NCBI GenBank assembly: GCA_965153455.1
Contig: OZ234493.1
Span: forward strand, 33,036,213 to 33,100,212
Reading direction: 5' to 3'
Length of the DNA: 64,000 bases
Origin: Sphagnum compactum
Lineage: Eukaryota
Made by a program: the position numbers and the translations under genes. Positions 36,900 through 49,852 of this stretch are shown piece by piece. The notes under the pieces were generated by a model, which was given only the letters and a program-made list of their open reading frames with translations, was not told the origin of the DNA and did not search any database. Position 1 is the first letter of the stretch; the number at the start of each line of letters is the position of its first letter.

Positions 36900-39000
36900 T
36901 TAATTTTCACAAATTTTGTCAAATCTTTATTCCGTGAGCAATTCAATTGAAGATTATCGGGCCAATTTTTCACCATAATGATGATGCAGTTTAAATTATC
37001 CACCTACAAACTACAACATCTTAAAGTTGTTAACATGCCAACAGGACTGAACATTTGTTCAATTTCAATCTATGACCCTCAAATTCCCATGATTTGTTTG
37101 GCAAGGAAGCCAACATTTGGAAATTAATTCTCATGAATCTGCCACCAAGCTAAGGGATCAGCACATGTAATAAAAGTTATAGATAACTTCTTGAACAAAC
37201 AAACTCTCCAACAAGTGTGCACAAAGATTCTTCCATAGATGCGCCCACACCAAATATATTATTTTCTTCCTATATGAAATCACTAGATCCAACAATTGAT
37301 CCAACAACTGCTATTACACATGTTTGAACAGGGTAGATGCAAGCTATAGTGGCTTAGAAGGGGCCAGAATCCTAGTCTCAAAAGTCCATATAAATGGAAA
37401 AATTAACATTAGAATGGAAAAAAATGTTAAAAACCAATGTTGAATGGGTCCTATGTGGTGATTAATCAATTAATAAGTCCATATGAAAGGTTGCCCATCT
37501 CAAAAACTATTTATTATACATGTTAAGGGGAAAAAAATATCAATCCAACAAAAAATGACCAAGATTGGGACTTTTGAAAATAACGCCCAAATTTGGTCAT
37601 TCAAAAGCCCATAATTATTTATTGATTAAAGTTTTTGTTGTAATTTTTTTCAATCCATATTTTTTTTCCATCATGTATCATATATTGAGTCCCTATAAAA
37701 AATATCGAAATAAAATCATAATTAAAAATGCATTTGAATGCTAATGCAGAATCCAGATTATAATCCATATGTCCACTTTAAATGTCCATTACTATATGAT
37801 TAGTGTGTGTATATTGAATTTTCACTTTTAATAAATATTCTATTCAAGTTGGTGATCTTAATCCATAAATACTTTTTCAAATTAATGATTTTATAATGTT
37901 TTTCTAGCATTTGAGTACATTCTATAGAAAGTTCATAAGGATGCAAGAAAGGGAGCCATCATAGTTTGCATCTGCTCAACAGTAGGGTTTAATATTTCAA
38001 ATATTATCATCAAAAAAAGAATTACTACAGTTGCATCATATTCACATGCAAGACAAATGCAAGCCCTGCGTCCCACATAGTTTTCCACAACCTTCAAACT
38101 TTTGAAACGAAGATCAAGCATAATGGCCAACATATTGTGAACCTTAGGGCCATCATAAGTTTAAAGAAATTGCAAAAGGGTTTAATCACCTTAACAACTT
38201 CGACTCACATGTTATTTCAAAAGATGAAAACCTTAGCATCATTTAATCATCAATAACATCAATATTGGTTCTAATGTCAACCAAAATTTGTGTCAAACTA
38301 ATAGCAGCAGTGGAAGCTCTCATAATAGTTCTTATAATAGTTTTCCATAACATCAAATAATGGACCAGCCATGGAAAGTCATGCGGTTTTATGAACTTTA
38401 AATAAACCAATAACAAGATGCATAAGGCTCCAAGAATCATTCAAATAATTAATTACCAGGACAAATGTTCATTTTGCCTTTGGACATTTAGAGATCAAAA
38501 CTAACAAAGACATTGAATGCTTTAACAAAATGCGGTAGCACATGCAAATTCATGGTTTTTGTGACCATCATCAAAATCACTTCTTCCACCAAGGTAGAAC
38601 GAAAATGAAAGACAACATGTGAGCACTGACATAAAACCAACCTCCATAACCAAATATTTTCACAAATGGAAAGGGCCTTCTACCCCTTATAAATATACAT
38701 CACTAAATTTTCAAGAAATTGTTGTTGTGAGTCATTAGATTTCTGGTAAGGATTTGTGGCACTAAAATATGTCATGATTGCACAACTAGTCGGGCCAAGC
38801 CACTTCTTTCCTAATTGTTGACTATGGTTAATCACCTTGGCAAATTTATTAACTTTCTCAACATTGATGGCCAATTGTCTACTAACAACCAACCTTGGAT
38901 GTGCAAATTCAATGTGGTTTTTCATGGGAGTGACCCCATTAAACTTATTATACTTGATAAGTCCTTTTCATAGAGTAGATCTTTGGCATAAATCAAGGAC
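36900..39000 (-). pseudogene. hAT transposase remnants, including the C-terminal dimerisation (hATC) region
   Basis: CADPLAWWQIHEN*FPNVGFLAKQIMGI*GS*IEIEQMFSPVGMLTTLRCCSL*VDNL...VKNWPD (about 37165-36955) and HNMLAIMLDLRFKSL (about 38135). Multiple stops. Confidence 0.8.
37331..37977. mobile_element. Nested TIR element with a 4-bp TSD inserted in the hAT transposase
   Basis: gggtagatgcaagctatagtggc / gccatcatagtttgcatctgctc imperfect TIRs. TSD aaca (37327-37330, 37978-37981). Removing it restores the frame ILNPTVQTC. Confidence 0.7.
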
Positions 39001-41769
39001 ACTTGCTTGTTCAATTCTATAAATAATGCATTGCAACATTTTTGGGTTCTCAACATCCATAGGTTAGTTGTCATTGACAACAAAAAAACCTCAACATATT
39101 GAACCCCGACTATGTGGTTTCCAAGCTACAACTTTGGCTTATATATTTATAAGCTACTGAATTTCAAGCTTAATTGAACTTGTTGTAGCAATAGAAAAAT
39201 GAATTGCATCAAGAAAATCTATTACAACAAGATGCATATGCATGTTCTTATCATTAGAAATTGATGGTGTGGGCTGATTTTCTCCAACACCACCAATCAA
39301 TGAACTCAACTAACAAAAGATCTTATTCAACTAGTATATTAGGCATAAAGCAAAACCTAACACCTAACCAAAAGAATGCAAAAACAAAAAGAACTTAAGT
39401 AGATGGAAAGTTAGGTGAAATTGTTTATTGCTTGAATCTTGCAAAACCCTAAAATCTATTTTGACAAAACAATAAAACAACAAGAAAAAGGAAATCGAGA
39501 AACAATTTTTTTTAAAATGACAAAGCAAGGAAGTTTGAAAACTCACCTTGCCAAAAGTGGCTACAAGCTTAAAATTGCATTGCAATGGAAATGTAGAGAC
39601 ACTATAGTAGAAAGACAAGTTACATTGTATTTGAGAAATGTTGTAGTAGTTGGAAGATAAAAAATCCACTATGATGGAGATGTAGGACCACTATAGTAGT
39701 TGAAAGACAAAAACTCCATTGTGATGGAGATGCATAAGCATAGGGCATAGTTGGAAGACAAAAAATAGAAGAAAAACATAATGCAATTAAAATAAAATAA
39801 AAATAGAACCTATATATTGTGCAATGGAGATGCAATGATGGAAATGTAGCTTGGAGATGGAAGTTGCACTATAATTCACATAAGTCACAAAAGACAAAAA
39901 TTGCATTATAAAAACATAATTATAAAAGTGTCAAAAGTAGGAATGTGCATTGTACACATACAACGTGCAAAGTTCTTAAACCCTAATGTGTCTCATGAAA
40001 AAACAACAAAACGATTCATAAATAAGAACCCCAATTCAACAAAAACAAAAAACAAAAGATAGTGACGAAAACTTATCAAGCATAAACAAAGGAGACTGAA
40101 CATGTATAGCCAAACATGAAAAACCACAAATCATTGAACACAAATGAAAGAGATTGAGCATGAAAAATGAAACTCATGCAACAAATTTTTAAAAAGAAAT
40201 GACATAGTTCTTCAAGTTAAAGGAGCTCAACATTTAACGCACCTGAAAGTTCAACACTTAACATAACTCCAAGCTCAATCCTCAACACCATTGAAAGTTA
40301 AAAGCTCAACATTCAACAACATCAAAAGCCAAAACTCAACGACTCAACACTTAATGACGTTGAAAACTCAACACTCAATAATGTCGAAAGTACAATTATG
40401 TTCAACACTTGCAATGAAAATCTTGTCACAACAACTAGACATGATACACATTCAAGCTTTGCAATAGCTTGGAAAAAGACTAAACCTAAATTAAAACCCA
40501 AAACCCCAACACAAGCTAAATATTTGAACCTTAAACCCTAAGCACCAAATATGCATATAATCCCACAATCTATATCCGGGCACCTAATAACTTTAGTTGG
40601 CAAATAGGCATCTTGATGATCACACAAGGACATGTGAATATGCATGAGTACAATTATTGATTGAATGCGTTCCACCAGATATGTACAATCTCGAATATTT
40701 TTAAAAAACCTAGATTCCAAATATATTTAGGTGCATATCCAACCTCTAATCGAATTCATATCCGGATTATTTGATATATCCGGACAACACTAATCCAAAC
40801 CTACTTTTAGACTCTTTTCATTTCCCTCAATATGGTGAAATGAGGGATCCTAATGATGCACCAAAACAAGATTGACATACAAAGTTCAAGAATAAATAAA
40901 TAAATTAGAAATAATTGGTCATTAATTATTTCTTTTGTAAAAGATTCATGTAGATTGATTATTTAAATAATTTATTCCTTTACATTAACCATTTTCGTAA
41001 ATTTTTTTAAAAAAAAGACAACCAACTATCATTGCCTTTTCTTTTTGCAATAGTTTTAATTTTATTTTTATTTTTAAATGACAACAACCACCATTCATCG
41101 TCATTTTCTCTACAAGATGACATATAGGATGAGAACCATAAACATATCTCTGCAAGATGAAATATAGTACAAGAATCGTAAGCATAGTTCACCATCATCT
41201 TTTCTGTAACAAAAGACTTAACACAAGCAGACAACAAGAGCATTACCCTACGAGCAATGCCCCGCACTCTTAAGTAAGCATACCTTGCCTCCACCCTTGG
41301 GTAGGCATTTATCGTATTACCTTTACCATTTCGGCATAAATTAAATTAATTTTTTTTTGTTATTGTCACGTTTTGAATCGCAAACACACTTGTTTGTTCT
41401 ATAACACTGAAAAGACCCAGTTTATTATTTGCTATAACCATTACCTGTCAAAAAATTCAGAATTAAAAAACCAAGAGCCAAAGTTAAGATTTCAAATTTA
41501 ATTAATTATTCGACAATTTGTTGCCAAAATGATAAAGGTACTAAGGTACTTTGGGAACTGATATCAAAAGCACACCCCCACTTGGGCTCCTCCCAACTGG
41601 TGGGTGCTACTTCAGTACCACCCAACCATTCCTCAGCCCTTACCCATATACATAAGATCCCTCCGAAGACCCTAATTGAGATCCCTTTGACTATTAAGGA
41701 GTAGGTATAAGATCCCTCCTCTTTCTTTTGTAGGAGGGATATTCGTGGATAGAAGGTGCCTAGGAAATT

Positions 41770-41861
41770 TCTCCACGTGCCTTCCACTTGGATTGGGGCC
41801 CTTTCAAGACACCAAATTCAGACCTTGCCACTCTTGTGTGGGCCCCAATCTCTCACACACA

Positions 41862-41897
<36 letters not shown>

Positions 41898-41950
41898 TTA
41901 CACAAACTCAACACCTTTGCACTGCACCAAAAGCAGCAGGATTAGGGTTT
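41770..41950 (+). promoter_or_regulatory. Likely MPC promoter/5' region: G-box, site II-like TGGGCC, telo-box and a (CA)n(CT)n microsatellite
   Basis: cacgtg at about 41774, tgggcc at 41839, (CA)/(CT) run at about 41853-41892 and tagggttt at about 41943, all within 300 bp upstream of ATG 42062. Motif matches only. Confidence 0.4.
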
Positions 41951-42061
41951 GATACCACAACAACAAACAACAACCCATCTGCCATCTCCCCTCAAGTCTC
42001 CACTGGTTGTTCCCATTACAGGAGAAGCAGGACAAGCAAGGAAAAGAGAGCTTCAGCAACC

Positions 42062-44392
42062 ATGGCCTCCAAGCTGGCTGCGTTCTGGAACCATCCAGCA
42101 GGCCCCAAAACTAGTGAGGCCCTTTTTTTTCTTGTCCCCATCTCTTTTCTTCTGTCCCTTGGCTGCTTGTTATAAATCAGATGTCCTTTCTGTGGTCTCT
42201 TCAATTGAATTGGGTATTGATTGCAGTTTTGGCAAATAAAAGAGTTTCTAAGTTCCTCGTTGTTTTGTTTTGTTTTCGGTTTTTTTTTTCTTTCGTCTTT
42301 CTGGAAACCCTAACCCAGTTCTTTTTGTTTCTAACCATTTGAAACCCTAATCTAGTTTTTTTTGTTTCTTACCATTTGAACCCCACCCATGACCTATGTA
42401 AGGTCATGTGAACAAATCTACCCAGCTATTGTAATTTTGTGAAGGAAGAGGTGCCACTTTTCATCATTTGAAATTCTTTTGAAGCAAATTATTTTTCTGC
42501 CAAACAATCCCACCAGAAGTGACTGAGGTTCCATATCAGCAAACATGAGCAGCTATGTATTTTATGCAAGCGAAAGGAACAAACACATGATGCTCCTTTG
42601 TTTCCTGTTGAAAAGGAATGTAGTTATGTTTCTATCTCACATAGATTCAGCCCTAAGGTTGTATTGTCATTACAAGAGTTCCTTTTTGTGGGCTTCTGAT
42701 CTGAATTCTTCACCACCGATTTTGGGTGTCAATTCAATCCTTCTGGGATGGACTAGAAGGTCCAAAGATCTGCATCCATCAAATGGTGGAGGACTTGTGA
42801 TATGTACTAGTCAACATCTTGGTCTCCAAAAAAGTTAAGTGGTTGCTACTAAATTTGTCAACAATGCTTAGTAGTCCATCTCATCACAGTTTAGACATTT
42901 ATGAAAGAGAGAGACATGAGAATGAGTTTCAGTAAGGCATTGTGTTCATCTTTTCTGTGTTTTGGGTTTTTTGTGTGGTTGTTGTGGTTTCATTGCAGTT
43001 CACTTCTGGGCTCCAACTTTCAAATGGGGCATTTCTATTGCCAATGTTGCTGACTTCGCCAAGCCACCTGAAAAGCTCTCATACCCTCAGCAACTAGGTA
43101 TGAAGAGACTTCACCTGAAAATCTTTATACCTCTTTCTACATTTCAAGGTTCTAAAGTCCTGAGAAACATCTGGTGTTGCTAAATGTGGTGGGAATCTGT
43201 AGCTTACATCAGGTAAGGATGCACCACTTGACTACTTCCTTTTGTGGGAAGGATGATGGACTCACAAAATGGTCTGGTGTCTTGCATGCAACAGCTGTAA
43301 CAGCCACTGGAGTTGTCTGGTCTCGCTACAGCACAGTAATCACTCCAGTAAGTCTGCATCCATCTCTGCAGTTGATTTTATGAACAGCCTTCTTGAGTTT
43401 TCCTTTCAAAAGAATGAACCCATGGATAGTGCCAGTCACATAGAGGGGGGATGAAGGTTCCAAGTATCTTGTGACTTTACCTTTCAACACCCATTTCTTG
43501 GTAGCTCTGACCTGAACTCTGGAGCTCTAATGCTGCCTCTACGAGTGCAACCATAGCATTGGAAATTGAGCCCAGACATACAAGTTTACCACACTTCCAC
43601 AACAGTACCCAACATGAATTTCTAAAGGAAGACCATCCATCACAATGTTTTTTGGTATTCCTGGTATGTGCTTCGAGATATCAACTGGTGTTGTGTGATG
43701 GCTGTTTGTTTGTTTGTTTTTAGAGTTTTACTGAACTGATTGGGCTATTTATGTGCAGAAAAATTGGAACTTATTTAGCGTGAATGTAGCAATGGCTGCA
43801 ACAGGGATATATCAGCTCTCACGAAAAATCAAGTAGGACTTTTGTTTCTACCTGGGATTGATTTTCACAAAGAAGTTCTTATACTCTGTCCATTACTCTT
43901 CTTCATGTTCAGCATTTTCTCTTTTCATGCATCAAGCACCCAAGAGTTCTCTATTGCAATGGAAAGACATACACAAGAGTCTTTACTGTTGTTGTGTTAT
44001 CTCTGCTGGAATTAAGACAAAATCCTTGTATTGTTCTGAGGGTTCATCTCTAGGAGTTGTGGAGTTTTCCTTGGGTCAAAAGTTGCTGATGAATTCTGGA
44101 GAGGCATTTTGTGACCAATACAATTTTCTTTTAGTCTTCTTAGCAGTTCTGCACAGTTCTTTGTTTTTTCCAAGTACCACTTGGGGTTGCACTTGACCCA
44201 TGTTCCATCTTATGTGCATGTGGACTTCAATGTTGTCTTCAGATGTCCAAGCTGGTTCAGTAGAGCTCATCATGGGCCAATGAAACAGTTTTAGAAGCTC
44301 TTAAGGAAATGCATCTAATCAGAGTTCTTGGCCAATGGATTTGCAGGCAAGACTACATGAGTGTGCCAGAGGCGCCACTGAACAAGGTTTGA
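42062..44392 (+). CDS. MPC2: Mitochondrial pyruvate carrier (MPC2-type), 107 aa; exons 42062-42113, 42999-43097, 43295-43347, 43759-43832, 44347-44392
   Basis: Spliced frame MASKLAAFWNHPAGPKTIHFWAPTFKWGISIANVADFAKPPEKLSYPQQLAVTATGVVWSRYSTVITPKNWNLFSVNVAMAATGIYQLSRKIKQDYMSVPEAPLNKV*. All introns GT-AG with consistent phase, total 324 nt. Confidence 0.95.
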
Positions 44393-45171
44393 ATGGGAGT
44401 TGCTAGAATCACATACACATACTGCCTATGTGTATGTTATTGGTTCCAATTCCTAAATTCATAAGCTGCACAAATAAGGCTACTAGTGGGGTACGTTCTT
44501 GGGTCTGGACACCTCAGTAATAAATTATTTTTGTAACATTGCCATGGCAAAAAACACATTAGTACTCCTGTCTTATATCCCCTTCATGGGCACTGAACCA
44601 GCTCTCTTGATGCATCTGCTCTTCATGAATGTGTGTTGTTTACAAATGATAGAAACTGAAGCTGGTAGTAAACATCTCCAGACTGCTTGCTTTTGTGGGT
44701 CCTGGTTATAGGATAAACCTGAAACCTTGCCTGAACAAAACCAACATGTTAGAACCAGTTAACTAAAAATCACAAGGATGAACATAAATATGGCTTCAAA
44801 GCCTTCAGCGAGCATTGTGCTCTGAATGTCCTTGCAACATTGAAACTGCTTCTGAGTATTGCTTGAGCAAGTTTTGTTCATGACAAGGGTTCTTGCATTC
44901 TCTCACAAAATACTTGCCTGCCTTTGAGCAGCCACTTGAAGGCTCTTTTGTGATCAGTTCTGTATGTAAACCCCAGTAGCAAGATCCATAGTACTTCAAA
45001 AGGTTCTACCCATGAAAAAGGCACTTGCAGATGAATGAGTTCTGAAGGTACTGGATATGACAAGAAAAGTTGTGGGCTAGTAAATGATATCCAGATGATT
45101 TGAGACAATTTAGAAATGAAGTGACATTGCATCCAGTTACAGAGAGTTTTGCATTGACTGCTCCAGCTTAC

Positions 45172-45915
45172 TCAGAGAAGATCAGCCATGAGGGTGCCCT
45201 GGCCAGGTCCAAGCTCCACTAGGTGCACATGGTTGGGCTGACCCATCTGATGCCTCAAACACACCCACCATCTGCCAGCCAACACTCCCTTGCCTGAGTT
45301 GTTTAGAAATCACTGAAAACAGAGTTGTTGGCAAAGAAAAACCAGAAGAACTAAACAAGTGCCCAAAAAAACTTGCAACCTGTTCAAACAGATCTGTCTG
45401 CCAATTTCCATTAGATGTAACTAAAGATCCAACAAAATGTTTAGATTTCCATAAAACCCTTTTGTCATAAAACTTGATGCAATCAAGCCATGTAGATGCA
45501 CCTCACCAAACATTTGGCTGATGTCAGGTGACGTGGCCAACTCCCCCACAATGCCAAAAAAATCTCGATTCATGTAGAAGCACACAATAGGGTTTGTCAG
45601 CAATTCTTTCATGTATTCAGTCACTGTAATTGGACCCTCCTCGAAACTGCAAGAGACACATAGACACACAGGTTGCAATTAACAAAATCGCATGACACCC
45701 ACATGGGAGAAAGCTGAACCATTCACAAGTCTTATCATCACATTCCTAATGGAGATAGGAAACAATTGATTGATCAATTACAATAGAGTCCTCATACCCA
45801 ATTCCCCTCAAGAAACAACAAATGCACTTACTTGAATCAAGGATTTGATGTGTTTTGCCATGGCACTCTCCTCATCAACCTTGGCAAAATTAGCCTCTAC
45901 CTCAACACTCCCACA
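45172..45915 (-). pseudogene. NDUFAF7: NDUFAF7/MidA arginine methyltransferase pseudogene fragment (3 exons: ~45915-45832, 45646-45502, 45271-45172)
   Basis: ESAMAKHIKSLIQ|FRGG/PITVTEYMKELLTNP...FYMNRDFFG...TSPDISQMFGE|MVGV/HQMGQPNHVHLVELGPGQGTLMADLL*. Splice sites are retained. There is a 1-nt frameshift after FRGG, a deletion after MVGV and TGA in place of Arg. Confidence 0.82.
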
Positions 45916-46514
45916 CCCTATTCACTTGATCCATCATCACTGTCCTTGACTCCAAAACCTCCGAAGTCTTCTTCTTCTTCTTCTTCTTCTTCTTCTCATC
46001 TGCAATGTTGATGTTGTTGTTTGCAAATCAGTAGGTCTAGGAAAGCTCACAAGGCTTTTTTTCCACAACCTGGAGAATCTGCAGTTCAGGTGTGACCTCT
46101 CCTTTCTTTTGTATGAAATGGTGCAAACATACCCATTGGTGACTGTCTGTCATGATGGGTTGGTTATGTGCATCCACACAACGAGAATCAGAGATGTTGT
46201 TCTGAAATGTTTGGAAATTACAAGAGCAGAATGAATAGCAGATCCTGTCTTGCATTATATTCCAAAGCCCCTGAGGGAGGAGAATCATGGTGTGAATCAA
46301 CATTTATCTATGAAGAAAGGTTGTTTGTTTGTTTTGTATGTTTTGTTTGTTTTGTTTGTCATGTTGAGATCTCCCAAACCACATGCAGGAGATATTGAAT
46401 TTTTCAGTAGTTTTGTCATTGGAATTTCAATGAAATTACACAAAAAATGGTTTTGGAAGGAAAAATTAGTTGGGTAACAAGTTCACACTTGGGCCAATGG
46501 CACAGGCTACACTA

Positions 46515-46830
46515 GTTCTTATGATGGGTGGTTGCCCAGTGGTTGTGGAAAGACAGATTGTGTCAGAGGAACTTGCCAAATTGTCTGTGCATCTCCTTTT
46601 TCTGAAGGGTATGTTGCTTCTCTTAGGTTCTCAAGTTTTTATCGAAAAGCAGGGATGAAAATCCTACTATTTTCTTTTTCAATGTGCTCAAGGTAAAATG
46701 TCTGTCAAAAGCTTCAAGCATGAGCTTCAAAGTCTCTTACCAAACCCAAATCCTACAGGTACTGGAGGCAAGAAACTTCATGTCCACAGATGTAGGCTTG
46801 CAGGGCTTTGATGTGGAACAAACCATCCAG
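46515..46830 (-). pseudogene. Unassigned decayed coding frame
   Basis: LDGLFHIKALQAYICGHEVSCLQYL*DLGLVRDFEAHA*SF*QTFYLEHIEKENSRIFIPAFR*KLENLREATYPSEKEMHRQFGKFL*HNLSFHNHWATTHHK. Protein-like composition, but no family recognised. Confidence 0.4.
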
Positions 46831-48561
46831 GATTTAGGGGAAAAAAAATACAGTATTCTTGCCATGGCAGCCGGTGGGTATCCTTAAACTGAAGAATCTT
46901 CTTCACAAAAAAGCATGTAAGAATGTTGAATCCAAAAAAGAGTGTTGCATATGTAGGTCAAAGAGCTCTGCTCAAGAATTTTGGAGAGCCCAGATCACTT
47001 CTTACTAAAACTGAACTAGAGGCAGTTGAATTCTGACCAAATCACAAAAGACTCAATTCAAGGGTATACAGGTCTGCTTTTGATAACCTACTTGTTTGCT
47101 GGGTCTCAAACTTTCTGAAAAACCAATTAGAGAGAACCTACCCACCTGGTAAGTATCATAGAGAGAACCTGAAAGACATTGATATTTTCAGAATTCTTTA
47201 AAAGAAGCTTGAAAACTCGCAAATTTGGCACTTGTTTCCACATATAACAGGTCAATTGATCAGTTGAGAATACTCCAGGTGCTCAAAAGACTGGTTTAGG
47301 GTTTAGGGTTTATGCTCCATGGTCTATTTACGTCCACCGTTGCCGTTTATGAGAATTCTTTCACATGCATTAAATATGTCAAGATTCATGATTGCTCAAG
47401 TTTTTTATTGCACTCCATTTTGCTTTGATTTTGAGTCATTTTCATGATAGAAATGTCATCTAGAGCTTTTTTTTTTGGTAACACCAAAGGGTTTGGTGCA
47501 TCAACTTTAAAACATTTTTTCCAGCTTTCAAAATCATATTACTTCTAATTATGTCCATAAACGCAGTTTCTACAATAATGGATGTTTTAAATCATGAAGT
47601 TTCGAATGAAATTTCAAATGGAAGCTGAAATGATCAATAGTTTATAACCTATAAATTTATGAATTCCATGGTGAACAAAATGATAATATGTGATTTTTAA
47701 AATGAGTCTAGAGCAAGAAATAATGCCACTCACTAAGGTAGAATTACCTTATCGTCAAGATCTTCCTTTTCCTTTCTTTCCAGCCTCAAGTTCATCTTCC
47801 TTCTATGCCTACTCATCTAAATGTCCGTGCACAATATCAATGTATTCTTTTGTGAAGGTCATAATCTTTTCTTCGTCTTAAATGTTGAATATTTGGTTGT
47901 GAACTAGCGTGACTCTAACTTCTACCAACACAACAAGCTTGATAATTTGATTGACAAACCCATAAAACCCAACCCTAGAAATGTGCAGCACTAGGTTCGG
48001 GCATTTTGCTATAGCCCTACAAGAAATGCTTCATCATTTATATATATGCATGCTTGATTTGCATATATGAAGACATTGGAGTTGGATACATGTATTCTTG
48101 GCTTGTTGCTCGTAATTTCAAACACATATGCATGTAGCTTGTTCTACATTGCATGCATGTAAAGATGATCTTACATTTTAAACATCACATTTAGATTTGA
48201 AAGATTGATTTCATCTCCTTTGATTTTGCCACTTTTTTAATACCTTCAACTTCATAGGCATTTTGTTGGGCAAGGGTGAAAGCACACTAAGGATGAATCA
48301 TTTTTCATCAAAAAAGGTTATACTATGTATAACAAATATTATAATACACAATAAGCTAAAGTTTTGATGGCATCCTTTGACTATCCTAAACATAAGCCAA
48401 AAAAATTTTAATTTTAAAAACATCATTTTGGAACTCGAAATTCATTTTGAGTCAAAATTAATCTTGATCCAATGGTTAGAAGAAGAGGATTAAATAAAAT
48501 TAATGTATATAGAATATATAACTTATAATTTTTTTATGACAATAAGGCCTCATGTTTGTGG

Positions 48562-49412
48562 TGTAACCCTAAATTAGGTTACATATACTTCTGGGTGTCA
48601 CCGATCAGGGAAGTGGGCTGTTGGTCAGTTGAGCCGTTTGTTTCCATGACGGCTGCTTTTACTTTACTTCCGCATGGGAGGTTTTGTTGATTTGGGAACG
48701 GGGTAATGCACTGAGATATTTGCATGGCGGCTGCACTGAATGAGTATGGAGCCTGTGTGGCGGCTCCGAATTATGACTAAGGTCAGCGATGCAATTATGG
48801 AGAGTGGCGGTTTGGCACGGGAGAAGGGCTGAAGCTTCTGGACGAAGCTAACGATGGGGATGAGAAGGATAGGAAGGACGGGTTTTTTTTTGGGGGAGAA
48901 AAGGAAGAACGGACAAGGAGAGGGAACCAAGAGAGTATTGAGGAGAGAGGTAGGAGTTGGATAGGACAGAGCTTAGCTGTGCTGAGAAATTTTTCCGTTG
49001 CGTCTGAGGTAGAGTTGAGCTCTTGTTGCCGAAATAGAGGAGAGGAATTAGGGAATGAGGAGGATAGTGCATTGGGGAACGATAGAACCCTCTGCTTTCT
49101 CTGTGTGAACTGCTGATGGCAAGAATTGCTTGAGCTGTCGAGGATGTATATATTCTGTGAATGAGAATGAAGAATTTCTTTTTGAATTCGCATCAGTGTG
49201 GATGTGCATGTTAAAAAGTGTGAGACGTTGAATTGCTGTGTCGATTGTCTCTCAGTCTGTGAATCATAGAGAGATCAGGGAAAGCAGGAAGCAGCTTGAG
49301 TCCTGGAAATGGAAAGCTGTCAGTGGGCGTGAGACTGATTCGTAGAACATAGACGCCAGGGTCCGCATCATATGGTGTATGTGTCGTCTATTTCCACAGG
49401 ACCCCTTCCTTT
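48562..49412 (+). repeat. 5' LTR
   Basis: tgtaaccctaaattaggttaca...ggaccccttccttt, a direct repeat of 55584-56405. It carries about 30 bp extra near 48865-48897 and lacks the terminal ggctaca. Confidence 0.95.
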
Positions 49413-49424
49413 TGGTATCAGAGC
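49413..49424 (+). promoter_or_regulatory. Primer binding site complementary to the initiator tRNA-Met 3' end
   Basis: tggtatcagagc immediately after the 5' LTR. Confidence 0.92.
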
Positions 49425-49488
49425 GGGTTGCGTATGTGAGTCTCGATAGGACCTGAGAATGTGTAAATGCAATGACAGTTGAGTCATC

Positions 49489-49818
49489 ATGTCGTCGTCT
49501 AGCACAGATGAGATTCCGACAGAAGGACTAACTCAGGACATGCGGGAGCAACGGATCATCATTGCCTTCGATTTTTTCACTAATTCGGGTGGACCACCGA
49601 GAGGGTCTGTTGTCCTGCGTTTTTTTGGTTTCGGCCTCATCACCATTGTAGGAATAGAACCTGAAGAGGCTCGCGTAAGAGATATAGCAGTAGAGATCGC
49701 TCACAGTGGATTCTACACTCGCGCCGAGGTTTGGGTGAAGGTGAGTAATGGATCAGGGGGCTGGGTCTCAACCTCCCAGTTGCAGACACAGTTCTACTTC
49801 ACGACGTACCTTGCGTAG
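49489..49818 (+). CDS. Putative extra ORF 1 (109 aa) in the retrotransposon leader
   Basis: ATG-initiated open frame between the PBS and gag. No recognised domain. Confidence 0.35.
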   Translation: MSSSSTDEIPTEGLTQDMREQRIIIAFDFFTNSGGPPRGSVVLRFFGFGLITIVGIEPEEARVRDIAVEIAHSGFYTRAEVWVKVSNGSGGWVSTSQLQTQFYFTTYLA

Positions 49819-49852
49819 AGTGACACCCTCGTCTGCTGAGCGACAGCGTAGT

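Larger units (their letters stand above)
36254..40792 (-). mobile_element. Full-length but decayed hAT DNA transposon (4.5 kb)
   Basis: TIRs caatgttgtctggatat / atatccggacaacacta. Perfect 8-bp TSD atccaaac at 36246-36253 and 40793-40800. Internal transposase remnants on the minus strand. Confidence 0.88.

Noticed and set aside
48664-49193. Antisense ORFs in the LTRs (also 55686-56185)
   Set aside because: Ser/Pro/Leu-rich products of a purine-biased strand. The frames differ between the two LTRs because of indels.
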